A stretch of 64,000 nt of DNA from Malacoraja senta (GCA_038087875.1 JAXLNO010003683.1:62001-126000), one strand, 5' to 3'; shown: positions 50,071 through 62,396, counted from the stretch's first letter. Numbers and translations are program-made. Notes: generated by a model not told the origin, from the sequence alone.

Positions 50071-50680
50071 TGCCCATCTACAGAAGAGAAGGGAGAAGGG
50101 AGGGGTCAAAGGATGGAGAGGAGGGTGGAATGGAGGGAGGGAGAGTGGGTCAGGGGGAGACTGGATTGTGCGGACCCTTATCTGACCCACGCCCTGTCAG
50201 GAGGATGAATATTTGAGAAAATCCACCTACCCCCGCTCCGTTCCCACGACGGAATTACGATTCCCGAACTTATTGATGCCCAATGGTGGAGTAGAGGGGG
50301 CAGGAGGAGAAAAAGAGAGGAATGGGGTGAAGGAGAGGAGGGGAGGGGAGGATGGGAGGGGGAAAGACAAGAGGAGGGGGAAGAGAGGAGGGGGGTAGAG
50401 GAGAGGAGGGGAGGAGAGGAGTGGGGACGGAGGAGAGCGAGACGGAGAAAGAAGGGGGAGAAGGGAAGGAGGAGCGGGTAAGAAAGAAGGAAAGAAAAGA
50501 GAGAGAGGGCAGAGAGTGGATCAGATGGGACATGGGTAGACTGGATTGTGCAGATGGTTGAGAGTCACAACTTTAACGAACCAACACAATGTGACAGGAG
50601 AAGAAATATTTGGGAACCCTCATCCACCACCCGCCCGCTCCACTACGGTCCCACGAGGGAATGGCGGTGCCAATGCTTAC

Positions 50681-51114
50681 TGTTGCCCGGTGGTCAGGTG
50701 CAGCTTCTCAGCGGTCACATCGTCCTGGAAGACGCTCAGGGTGTGGGCGAGGCAGGCCAGCGGCTTGCAGTGGGGCAGCACGTCGGTCACCAGCTCCCCG
50801 TCACACACCTTGCCGCCGACCACCACCGCCCGCGTTCCCTCCGCCGCCGGGTTCTTCTGCCTGAAGATGCGCAGAAGCTGCCGGACGGTCTCACGCTCCT
50901 CGCTCTGCAGGAACCACAGGCTCGCCAGCTCACTCTCCCATTGCCGTCGATGGCCAGCAGCAGGTAGGTGGGCAGCCGCAGGCCCGCCCAGCTGTAGGTG
51001 GCGCCCACCAGCAGCACCTCGGGGAACCTCTCGAAGGTCTGCTTCATGCGGCCGTCCTGGTAGTAGATGGCCTGCAACACGTTGGCCTTGTTCAACCCAT
51101 CACCACCGTGCCGT
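50681..51114 (-). CDS. ZSWIM3-like gene, coding exon 4 (MULE-transposase-derived domain); two frameshifts in G runs
   Basis: ttgcag|AC..CAA CA|gtaagc; DGTVVM(G)LNKANVLQAIYYQDGRMKQTFERFPEVLLVGATY..LLAIDGNG(E)SELASLWFLQSEE; one G apparently missing at 51096-51098 and at 50937-50939. Confidence 0.85.
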
Positions 51115-52905
51115 CTGCAAGCAAACGCAGACAAGAGTCAGAACAAGGGTCTGACCCACTCTCACCCTGGCCACAAACTCTTTGAAGTAGAAACATAGAA
51201 ATAGGTGTAGGCCATTCGGCCCTTCGAGCCAGCAACGCCATTCAATATGATCATGGCTGATCATCCAGAATCAGTACTCTGTTCTGGCTTTCTCCCCATA
51301 TCCCTTGATTCCATCAGCCTAAGACCTATAACTCACTCTTTCATGAAGTTCTCCCCTCTGGGCACATCCAGACACAAAAACAGCTTCTTCCCACGAGCGG
51401 TAGCTCTACTTAACAGCCGCTCTACACCACTACATTCTGGTCTGTAAGCCAAACACTTATGAACTCTCCAAGTGCACTTTACATATTAACATGTGCAATA
51501 TATAGCAAAGCTGCCGCTTTTTACTCTTGCACTATATTTTTACATTGTTTAATTATGATGTTTTTTTAATTGTCTGTTGTCTCGTGTTTTACCACGTGCG
51601 AGCAAAGCACCGTCAAATTTCTTGTGTGTGTACATACTTGGCCGATAAATTGAGTGTGATTGTGAAATTGATTCTGAACAAAGCACTGGTAACACACAGT
51701 GACAGTGGTGAGGTACGTTTGCCTTCATCGGTCGGTCACTGAGTACAAGAGTCAGATGCAGCTCTATCAAACTCTGGAGAAACAAGGATCTGATGATGCT
51801 GTTCGTGACAAAAGACAAAGTGCGGGAGTAACTCAGCAGGTCAGGCAGCATCTCTGGAGTTTCCCTCTCCCCTGACTCTCGGTCTGGGGAAGGGTCTTGA
51901 CCTGAAACATCACCTATTCTTTTTCTCCAGAGATGCTGCCTGACCCACTGAGTTACTGCAGCATTTTGTGTCTCCGGTGTAAACCAGCATCTGCAGTTCC
52001 TTCCTGCACATGTCTGGAAAACATGGATACGTGCTGTTTCAGGTCGGGGCCCTTCTTCAAACTAATTGTGGTGTGTCGGGGGAGGAAAAAAAGCTGGAAG
52101 AGAGGTGGGGGCAGGAAAAAGCCGAGCAAGTGACAGGTGGAGGAAGGAACTGCAGATGCAGCCTGTGTGGGGTTACAGGAGGCAAGAGTCATTTAAAGAG
52201 AGTGTGGCACAATCCAAGAGCGATCCAATGAGAAACCATTGGGGACACTCCAAAGACTTGCAGGATTGTAGCTTACTTGGTTTCAGTAAGTTGTAATAAA
52301 TAATTGTCCCTTGTGTGTGTAAGGTAACGTACAGGATCATCGCTGGTCGGCACCAACTCGGTGGGTCAAACGGCCAATTTCCGCACTGTATCTCTAAAAG
52401 TCTAAAAGTCATCGACTATTCTAGGGTAGAGAAGGGAGCGATCTAGCACCTTTTATTCTGAGGCTGCGCCCTCTGGTCCATGACTCTGCCACTGGTGGAA
52501 ACATCCTCGCCACATCCACTTCATCCAGGACTTTTACTATGCAGTAAGTGTCAATGAGATCCCCCCTCATCCTTCTAAACTCCAGCGAGTACAGGCCCAT
52601 AGCCATCAAACGCTCATCATAGGTTAACCCAAAAAGGGGTGATCTGCATTATTCCGGGATGAAGGAAGGATGCAGGATACCCCAGGACAAGAGAGGGAGT
52701 GGTGCAAACCTGGAGCAGCCCGTTAGCCCTGGGACAAGCGAGGAGACCTTCACCTGCCTTGATTCATGATTAGTACGGGTGTCAGAGGTTATGGGGAGAA
52801 GGCAGAGAATGGGGTTAGGAGAGATAGATAGATCAGCCATGAATGAATGGCGGAGTAGACTTGATGGGCCGAATGGCCTAATTCTACTATTCCTTATGAC
52901 CTTAC

Positions 52906-53146
52906 CCTTGACGGCCGCCAGTGTGGGCACCATCTTCTCCAAGTCGGTTTTGTTGACCTTGAACTTGCCACATTTCTCCTTGCGTGCGGGGCTATGGGCA
53001 TCCTCGTCAGCGAGCACCTTGCCGGCAACCTCCCCCAGCTGCACCTTGACACCCACTCCATTACTCCGCAGCGAAACGATGGAAGTGGGGTCCACGCGCA
53101 GCGCTTTAACACAGAGCCTTTGGTGCTGGAGCCTCTCGTCCTCTTC
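52906..53146 (-). CDS. ZSWIM3-like gene, coding exon 3
   Basis: ccccacag|GAA GAG GAC..GTC AAG G|gtaagg, 241 nt, phase 0-1, open throughout. Confidence 0.8.
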
Positions 53147-53629
53147 CTGTGGGGTATAAGCAAGGTCGTAGGGTCAGTTCAGTTTAGTGTAATGTCACCT
53201 GTACCACGGTACAGTGAAAAGCTTTTGATGCAAGCTAACCAGTCAGCAGACAAAGGAATCTAGGTTGAAGAGGGTGGGGGGGGGGGGGGGGGGGAGGAAA
53301 GAAAAAGGAGGGTTGATTGTAGGTTTGTTGCCTAAAATTGGTGAATTCAATGTTCATACTGTTGGGTTGTAAGCAACCCAAAAGGAATACAGGTGCTGTT
53401 CCTCCATGTTGCAGTAACTCATTCAATTCTCATTCTATAGGAGGTCAGGAATGGGATGAGGATTGTGCCACCAGATATGTCGGGGCGGGCAGCACGGTGG
53501 CACAACTGGTAGAGCTGTGACCTCACAGTGGCACAGATCCGGGTTTGATCCTGACCCTGGGTGCCACCCACGTGGGGTTTGCACCTTCTCCCTGCGACTG
53601 CGTGGGTTTCCTCTGGGTGCTCCGGTTTC

Positions 53630-54710
53630 TTCCTGTATTAGAACACAGAACAGTACAGCACAGGAATGGGCCCTCCAGCCCACATTATCTGTGCCAAACA
53701 TGATTCCAAGTTAAACTGATCACATCTCCCTGTACATGATCCATATCGCTCTAGTTCCTGAACTTCCATGTGCCTATCCAAAAGCCTCTTAAACACCACT
53801 TTGGTATCTGCATCCACCACTATCTCTGGCAGTGCATTCCCCACTCCCACCCCTCTCTGTGTAAAAATCTTGCCTCGCACTTTAAACTTTCCCCCTCTCA
53901 CCATATAGCTACACCCTCTAGTGTTGGACATTTCCACCCTGGGGAAAAGCCTCTGATTACCTTATGTATGCCTCACATAACTTTATATACTTCTATCCAG
54001 TCTTCCCTCAACCTCTGACATTCCAGAGGAAATAACCCAAGTTTATCCAACCTCCCCCTGTTGCTGAAACCCTCTAATCCAGGGAGCATTCTGGTAAACC
54101 TCCTCTGCACCCTGTCCAAAGCCTCCACATCTCTCCTGTAATGGGGGCGACAAGAACTACACGTAATACTCCAAATGCAGTCTAACTAAAGCGCTACAGA
54201 GCTGCATCATGACTTGCTGACTGTTATAGTCAATACCCCATAGCACAGTAGACAAGCATACCATACGCTTAACCCACTGGTTAACATATGATGCGCGTTT
54301 GACGGCACCAGGCCTGTACTCGCTAGAGTTAAGAAGAATCATGGGGGGGGCCTCATTGAAACGTATTCGAGTAGTGAAAGGCTTGGATGGAGAGGATGGT
54401 TCCACTAGTGGGAGAGTGCCAGACTAAAGGCCATCGTCTCAGAATTAAAGGACTTTCCTTTTGGAAGGAGAGGAGGAATTTCTTTAGTCAGAGGGTGGTG
54501 AATCAGTGGAATTCTTTGCCACAGAAGGCTGTGGCGGCCGTCAATGAATATTTTTATGGCAGAGATCGATGGATTGTTGATTGGCAGAGGTGTCAGGGGT
54601 TATGGGGAGAAGGCTGGAGAATGGGGCTAGGAGGGGAGAGAGATCATCCATGAATCAATGGCGGAATAGACGATAGGCTGAATTGCCTAATTCTGCTCCC
54701 ATCTCTTATG
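53630..54710. mobile_element. Two CR1 3' fragments in opposite orientation
   Basis: Minus ORFs 53638-53937 and 54157-54405 (MMQLCSALVRLHLEY); plus ORF 54387-54653 (FFSQRVVNQWNSLPQ). Confidence 0.75.
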
Positions 54711-55371
54711 ACATCTTCTTAACTACCCTATCTACTTGTGCTGCCTCCTTCAGTGAGCTATGGACTTGGACTGCAAGATCCCTCTGCATATCAATGCTGT
54801 TAAGGGTCATGCCATTAAGTTTATACTCTCCTCTCAAAGTGCGTCACCTCACACTTGCTCGGGTTAAACTCCATCTGCCATTTCTCTGCCCCTTTCTGCA
54901 GCTGGTCTATGTTCTGCTATCTTCTGACAGCATTTCTCGCTGTCTGCAACTCCTAATTTGTGTCATTAGTAAACTTACTCACCAACCCATCTACATTTAC
55001 GTCTCGGTCATATATATATAATACAAAACCTCTCTACCTCTGCCCAAGCCCATTCCTGAATTTTAATCCCTTGCAATTGACTATTCCTTTAGCAGCTATA
55101 TGGAACTTTCTCCATCTATGTGTCTCTCCACCTCCACAACTACCATGGGAAAAACATTTGGAACATCTTCCCCATCTAGTTTAGTCTAGTTGCTTGTCAC
55201 GTGTAACAAAAAGCTTTTTTGTTGCGTGCTATCCAGTCCGCGGAAAGACTATCCATGATTACAATCAAGCCGTCCACAGTCGAAATGTGTAGGGAGGAAC
55301 TGCAGATGCTGCTTTAAACCGAAGATAAATACAAAAAGCTGGAGTAACTCAGCGGGTCAGGAAGCATCAAT

Positions 55372-55499
55372 CTGAAGAAGGCTCTCGACCCAAAACATCA
55401 CCTATTCCTTTTCTGGTCTGAAGAGGGGTCTCGCCCCAAAACGTCATGTATTCATTTTCTCTAGGTCTGAAGAAGGGTGTTGACCCGAAATGTCACCTA
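55372..55499 (+). ncRNA. Three tandem hammerhead-type units (~46-49 nt period)
   Basis: CTGAAGA starts at 55372, 55418 and 55467. Unit 3: TAGGT-CTGAAGA-A-GGGT GTTG ACCC-GAAA-TG-TC-ACCTA with a 5-bp stem I. Confidence 0.65.
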
Positions 55500-57223
55500 T
55501 TCCTTTTCTCCAGAGATGCTGTCTGACCTGCTGAGTTCCTCCGGATTTCTGTATCTAAGCCGCCCACAGTGTGCAGATGCAGGATAAAGGGAATAATGTT
55601 TAGCGTCAGATAAAGTCCAGTAAAGTCCAATTAATGATAGTGCGAGGGTCTCCATTCTATGCCTCTCATGAACAGATATACCTCCTTCAGATCACCCTCA
55701 GACACTCTTGCCTCCTTAAACCCCATTATAAGACATCCCTTGAAACGCACCATCTCCACCCAAGTTATAGGTCATCTCCAGAATCCCTGCTAAGGCAGTT
55801 CACATCAATTACTTTGATTGAATGCTGGAGATATTTTTTAGTGCATTAGAAGAACTACGTAAATAAAACTTGTTACTGTAAGAGAAATTACTAGTGATAT
55901 TGTGGAAGAAAACATTAATATCCTTTCTTACTTAATTTTGATTGGAATTGAACAAGGTAATGAAAGGGTGTTTGGACGACAATTGGCATCTCTCGTTGAC
56001 CAGGTGTAGAAGAGGTTCGTGGGAATCGGCAAAGTACGATTAGACCTATTACCTCTTGTCTAGGAATGTGTTGAAGGGTTGATGGTAAATGTAAACATGA
56101 GATAGTCGACGGAGATAAGGAAGCTCGTTTCTCTCTGCAGTGTGTCACCGTCGACCACCCGCGCCCCAACCGCTAGTAGCGTAGATACGTTGCACTAAAT
56201 GGGGGGGTTATGATTGGCTCAGAGAGGGGATGGTGGCACGGTCAGCCTGGAAGGTGATATAGAATAATGTCAAGATGCCGTGTATTGTGTTTGACTGGTA
56301 TTAACCATCTGTTGTTGAATAAGATTGACATAAGCAAAAAAAGTATGTTATGACTAATGAAACAATTGGTACCCATGTCATAGATAGTATATTTTCGTGT
56401 AGTTGAATCTAAGAAGAAACAAAAGTTGTTTACTGCACAGTATAACTGTCGGCTAATTCTGCTGTGAAGTCAGAGAACTGGTGAGCAGTTAACTGCCGCC
56501 CCCTGTCCATGATATCATACAATAAAGTCTGTCGAAGCAAACCTGTGAAGTCTCCGCTTTTCATTTTCCTTTAATTTCCCCCTATATTAATTTCTTCCAC
56601 AAATATTGAGTGTTTCAGTCTGACTCTGTTAATGCTAAATTTGCCAGAGTTCAGAGGCTGGATTGATATTCCAGTGGGGGAGTGTGATATTATCCCACAG
56701 AATCACACCGGCTCTTCCACCTACATTGTCGTCAATGACCGTCAAGCACCCATCTTGTTATGTTCTATGTGAAGGGGCAGCACGGTGGTGCAGCGGTAGA
56801 GTTGCAGCATCCTGACTACGGGTGCTGTCTGTACGGAGTTTGTACTTTCTCCCCATGGGTTTTCTTCGGAGCTGTGGTTTTCTCCCACACTCTAAAGATG
56901 TTCAGGTTTAAACGCTAATTGGCTGGGAAAAATTGAAAGTTGTCCCTAATGTGTGTAGCACGGCGTTGATGTGCAGGGATCGCTGGTCGGCCTGGACTCG
57001 GTGGGCCGAAGGGCAGGTTTCCACGCTGTGTGTGTAAACTAAACTGCAGATTGTAGTTTACACCAAAGTTAGACACATGAAGCTGAAGTAACTCAGCAGG
57101 TTAGACAACATCTCTGGAGAAAAGAAAAAGGTGAGATTTTGGATCGAGACGTTTCTTCAGACCAACTGGGAAGGATCCGAAACAACACACACACACACAC
57201 ACACATGTGTGTTCTGCTTTTAC

Positions 57224-57332
57224 CTGCGGCACTGTGTGGTTATGCGATTCATTTATCACTTTAACCACGAACTTGTCTCCATCTGCAGAAAGACGGACTT
57301 TAATGACACAGGGACACTTCATCTTGTTGATT
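57224..57332 (-). CDS. ZSWIM3-like gene, coding exon 2
   Basis: tttttcag|A ATC AAC AAG ATG AAG TGT CCC..CCG CAG|gtaaaa, 109 nt, phase 2-0; (R)INKMKCPCVIKVRL..INESHNH completes the FAR1/WRKY-GCM1-type C..C..HxH finger. Confidence 0.88.
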
Positions 57333-57387
57333 CTGAAAAAGACAGTGGGAGGTAGTGTGTAAGCCAACTGGGTTAAGACAGCAGTCG

Positions 57388-57580
57388 ATAGACACAAAAT
57401 GCGGGAGTAACTCAGCGGGTCCGGCATCATCTCCGGAGGAAAAGGAATAGGTGACGCTTCTGATAGAGACCCTTCTTCAGTTTTCTTCAGTCTGAAGAAG
57501 GGTTTCGACCCGAAATGTTACCTATTTCCTTTGTTCCATAGACGCTGCCTCACCAGCTGAGCTTCTCAGCATTTTTGTCT
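57388..57580. mobile_element. Fold-back PLE-end element with back-to-back hammerhead motifs (57453-57480 -, 57492-57519 +)
   Basis: gacacaaaatgc..aggtgacgcttc..ccttcttcag / ctgaagaagggtttcgacccgaaatgttacct..gcatttttgtct. Confidence 0.75.
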
Positions 57581-58214
57581 TCATTCAGTTTAGTTTAGTT
57601 TAGTTTATTGTCACGTGTACCGAGGTACAGTGAAAAGCTTTTGTTGCATGCTAACCAGTCAGTGGGAAGACTATACATGATTACAATCGAGCCATTTACA
57701 GTGTATAGATACATGATAAGGGAATAACAAAGATAGTCCGAGGGTCACCAATGAGGAAGATGGCAGTTCAGGACTGCTCTCTGCTTGTGGTAGGATGATT
57801 CAGACCAGCAGTGTATGGCTATCTTTTACAATCATCACAGAATCCACAGAAATATTAGATTTACATTGGCCATCGAGCAGTGTAAGTGGGAAGACAAGAT
57901 GGTGGTGCTGAATGAATGCCCTTTGACTGATAATAAACTCCTTCACAAACTGGGGGGACTTGAAGCAACAGCTGCGATAAAATGTGATTCATGCAGAATT
58001 GGTATAAGATAACATAGTACATAACAAAGGAGATGGACACAAAATACTGGAGTAACTCAGCGAGTCACGCAGCATCTCTGGAGAAAAGTAATAGGTGACA
58101 TTTCGGGTTGGGACCCTTTATCAGACTGAGTCAGGGGAGAGGGAACTAGAGGATGAAGGGGTACAAAGAACAAATGAATAAAAGGTATGTCACAAAGGTA
58201 TGAAAAGGTATGTC

Positions 58215-59050
58215 ACAAAGTTGGAGCCCCCGGTGGGGCCTAGAGCCTGTCTGTCTTTTTTTTATTTTTTGTCTAGTTAAATGTAGTTGTCGTGTTTTTT
58301 TAATACTGTTTTTAACTGTGTATATGTGGGGGGCGGTGGAAACTTTTAAAATCTCGTCCCTGCACGGGAGACCCGACCTTTTCCCTGTCGGGTCTCCGTT
58401 GTCGTTGGGGCCTAGCACCGTGGAGCAGCCTCCAACCGGAACGACCTGGGGGTTCCAGTCGCGGAGCCTGCGGACTCACCATCGTGGAGCTGGCCGGCCT
58501 CGGAGCGTTGGGAGCGGTGGTGGCTCGCTGCCGCGGCCCGACTCCGGAGCTCGGAGGCTCCAGCTGCAGGCCGGTGGACTGTGACATCGGGAGCTCGCGG
58601 GTCCGGGTGGGAGACCGCTTATCGGAGCTCCCGCAACGCAACCTCTCGACCCCGTGTCGCGGGGTTGGAACGACCCGGAGCGGGGCCGTACATCGCCCGG
58701 CGTGGCTTTAATGGCCACGGGACATTCCAACGCCCGCCGGGGCTCCAACTTTGTGACATTTAGACCTGGAGCGGGGCTGTACATCGCCCGGCGCGGCCTT
58801 AAATGGCCATGGGACTTACCAACGCCCGCCTGGGGCTACAACATCGGGAGAAAAATGGTGGAGGGGAGAGAAAAGACTTTGCCTTCCATCACAGTGAGGA
58901 GGAGATTCACTGATAGATGTTTGTGTGAATTGAATTGTTTGTGTGTCTTGTAGGAATTGTTTTGTTTGTATGGCTGTGGAAACAAAGTTTCGTTTGAGCC
59001 TCACTGAGGTTCAAATGACATGGAATAAATATTGAAATATTGATTGATTG
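58215..59050 (+). repeat. Unclassified interspersed repeat (same family as 43985-44850)
   Basis: See the partner copy; internal sub-repeat cggggcygtacatcgcccggcgyggc. Confidence 0.7.
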
Positions 59051-59514
59051 AAGAAACAAATCAAAGCCAGCAGCGATGATAAAGGAAAGGTGGAGCCCAC
59101 AATGGTCCATTGTTGGCTGTGGTGAAGGTGATAACAAGTAGATACAAACAGTGAAACTAAGCAAGAGGACAGTGAAATTAATAGAACGTCGAGGGTGGGG
59201 GAAGCTTCTAGTCTCCCTCTCCCCTGACTCTCAGTCTGAAAATGGTGACAAACCCAAACTTCAACATTTTGTGCCTATCTTCAGTGTAAACCAGCATCTG
59301 TAATTCCTAACTACACATAGTACATAACAAGCTGGGTGCTTGATGGTCATTGCAGGCTCTGTAGATGGAAGAGCCTGTGTGATTTAATGGGATAATATCA
59401 CACTCCCCCACTGGGATATCAATCCAGTCTGTGAACCATAAAACACAAACTATTCAAATTGTAAATTGTCCCGAGTGTGTAGGCAGTGGATGGCAAGGTG
59501 GGAAAACATGGATA

Positions 59515-59730
59515 ATACCGCATCCGGGAGAGAGAGGGGGGAAGAGAGGGGGGAGAGAGAGAGGGGGAGAGGGGGTGGAGAGAGAGATAGGGGGGGGGGA
59601 GAGAGAAGAGGGGGTGGAGAGAGAGAGGGGGTGGAGAGGGAGAGGGGGTGGAGAGAGAGAAAGTGGGAGAGTGAGAGGGAAAGAAGGGGGAGAGAGGCGG
59701 GGAGAGAGAGAGGGGGGGACAGAGAGAGTG
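59515..59730. repeat. Purine-rich (GA/GGA)n tract
   Basis: Seen directly. Confidence 0.85.
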
Positions 59731-60181
59731 GATTGCCCCCAGTGTGTAGAAAGTGGTATAGCATAGAACTAGTGTGAATGGATGATTGATGGTCGGTGTG
59801 GACCCGGTGGGCCGAGAGGCCTGTTTCCATGCTGTAATTCGAAACAAAACTAACTACCCAGCTCAACTTATATAATTGCATTTAAAAGGAAAAAAACATC
59901 TTTAAATAACAGGAGCAGGGGTATTCCATGTTCCATGTCATCCACTCCCTACACATTCGGGATGATTTACAGAGGGCCAATTAACCAAGAAACCCGCACA
60001 TGTTTTGGAAATGGGAGGAAACTGAAGCACACAGAAGAAACACAGCTGGTCACATGAGAGGACGTGCAAACTCCACACATGGAGTGCACCCGAGGTCAGG
60101 ATCGAACCGGGATCTCCGGCATTGTGAGACAGCGGGTCTACCAGCTGCACCCCTGTGCTGCTCCTGCAAGTATTTCCTCAC

Positions 60182-60438
60182 CTCTTGATTGGCCATTTGC
60201 CGAATCTTTTGGTCTTGAATAACTTGCCGCCATGAATACACGCATAGTCGATCTCGGCAAACTTCAGCGCATCGTTCATCGGGCGCTTGGGTGCCCGTCG
60301 CCGCTGCGCCTCGATGGTCCGTGAGTGCTTGGTCCACATCTGCACGTAGTTGTCCCTCTGGTAGCGCCGGAACTCCCGGTGCAGCTCACTGTAGCTCGAG
60401 AACTCGGCGCCCACTCGGAAACCCGCCACCTGGGTCAT
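60182..60438 (-). CDS. ZSWIM3-like gene, coding exon 1
   Basis: gccATG ACC CAG..AAG AG|gtgagg, 257 nt, phase 2; FRVGAEFSSYSELHREFRRYQRDNYVQMW..IDYACIHGGK resembles the ZSWIM3-family N-terminal domain. Confidence 0.88.
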
Positions 60439-61814
60439 GGCTACACGTGCATCAGATGGAGTTGGTGATAAGGCTGAATGCTGTTAAAAATGTAAAAAAT
60501 ATATTATGGATTTCTGGACTAGGTTACAACTTATATTTAGTCTCAAAGCAGGCTTTTCTCCAGTAGATTGATACAGAAAGACAAGCCCAGACTCCCCCCA
60601 GGTTGCTGTGCATTCAGACAATCACTAATGTGCTCAAGGGACTCTGTATTAAACAAGCCCAGTCTTGCCTCCAGTTAACGTATATTGAGATAATGACTGA
60701 TGACTGTGAAATGCGTCTACCAATTAATGAGAGAGGAAGCCCAGATTAATCCCAGTGAGGGGTATTGAGACAATGTCCAATGCCTTTGAGGTGTGCAGTG
60801 ACTGGATGCCTTTGATATGCAACTGATGATTGACAAGAGACAAACTCGGACGCATCCTGTAGCAATGTGTATTTACTGTACCTCTGACCATGACTAATGT
60901 CTTTTCAATGTGCTTAGATGACAAAGGAACAGTATATAATACCATGTAATTCTGTGTTCAGGGAAGTGGAGTAAGGAGAGCTAAGAGTCCATGTTGCTCA
61001 CTTGGCTGGGGTTATCCTTGCCACTTCCATCGGCCGATAATTAGTAAAGTTTTGAATTGGTCTACCAAACCGCTTTGTGAGTTGTCTGTTTATTAAGAAG
61101 TGAACATGTTTGTTTAATTATAAGTTAACCTTTTTCATTGGCAGACTGGAGAGCGGGCATTGAGAATAGACCACAGGCAGCAGCTGCAGGTCAGCCAAGG
61201 TAGAACAGATCAGAACTTCTCATAGAGTTCAAGAATGGCACGGTGGCGCAACTGTAGAGTCACTGGCTCACAGCGCCAGAGACCCGGGATCGATCCTTTG
61301 CTCGGATGCTGTCTTTACAGTTTACTTTAGACATCAGAGATACAGCACGGAAACAGGCCCGTCAGCCCATCAAGTCATATAACCATATAACCATTACAGC
61401 ACAGAAACAGGCCATCTCGGCCCTTCAAGTCCGTGCCGAACACTTCTTTTTTTTTTTTTTCTCCTTCTTTCTTCTACCTTCCTCCTTCCGCCTAGTCCAT
61501 CTACCTGCACTCAGACCATATCCCTCCATTCCTTTCCCATCCATATACCCATCAAATCTATTTTTAAAGGATAAAATCGAACCTGCCTCCACCACTTCCA
61601 CTGGAAGCTCATTCCACACAGCTACCACTCTCTGAGTAAAGAAGTTCCCCCTAAACTTCTGTCCCTTAATTCTCAAGTCATGAGCCCTTGTTTGAATCTT
61701 CCCTACTCTCAATGGGAAAAGCTTATCCACGTCAACTCTGTCTAACCCGCTCATCATTTTAAAGACTTCTATCAAGTCCCCCTTAACCTTCTGCGCTCCA
61801 AAGAATAAAGACCT

Positions 61815-62072
61815 AAGTCTGCCCCAACCAGCGATCACCCCATATACTAGCACTATCCTACATGCTGGGACAATTTACAATTTTACAGAAGCTAATTAAC
61901 CTGCAAACCTGCACAACTTGTAGTGTGGGAGGAAACCGAAGATCTCGGAGAAAGCTCACGCGGTCACAGAGAGAATGTACAAACTCTGTACAGAACAAAC
62001 CGTAGTCGGGATCGAACCTGGGTCTCTGTCGCTGCAAGCACTGTAAGGCAGCACCACTACCGCTGTGCCACC
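61815..62072 (-). mobile_element. V-SINE (HE1-like)
   Basis: A box TGGCACAGCGG, B box GGTTCGATCC, V-domain. Further copies lie near 32400-32650, 36290-36545, 49490-49775, 56775-57045 and 59940-60160. Confidence 0.85.
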
Positions 62073-62396
62073 AGGGTGTATTTATGGAGTTTGCAATCCA
62101 ATGAATCTCCACGAACAATCCACAATCTCATCCCATCCAGATCGTATCCTTATTGACTGCTGGCAATAGCATCCGTTAGTTTTTCTTCCTCTAACCTTTA
62201 CCTCACTGCACCGCTTAAGTCATAGAATCATACAGCATGTAAATTGGCCCCTCAGCCCAACTCGCCCATGGCGATCAATATGCCCTAGCCAAATCCCTGG
62301 GATATGGAGTAGAGGGGATTATACACCTGTGATAGTGGAGTCCAGGGGATTGGGGACATGGGGGAGGGGGGGGGGGGGGGGGTGGGATGGGAAATT

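Noticed and set aside
55870-56600. Possible solo LTR(s) (TG..AATAAA..CA)
   Set aside because: No matching target-site duplication or second copy; boundaries cannot be supported.
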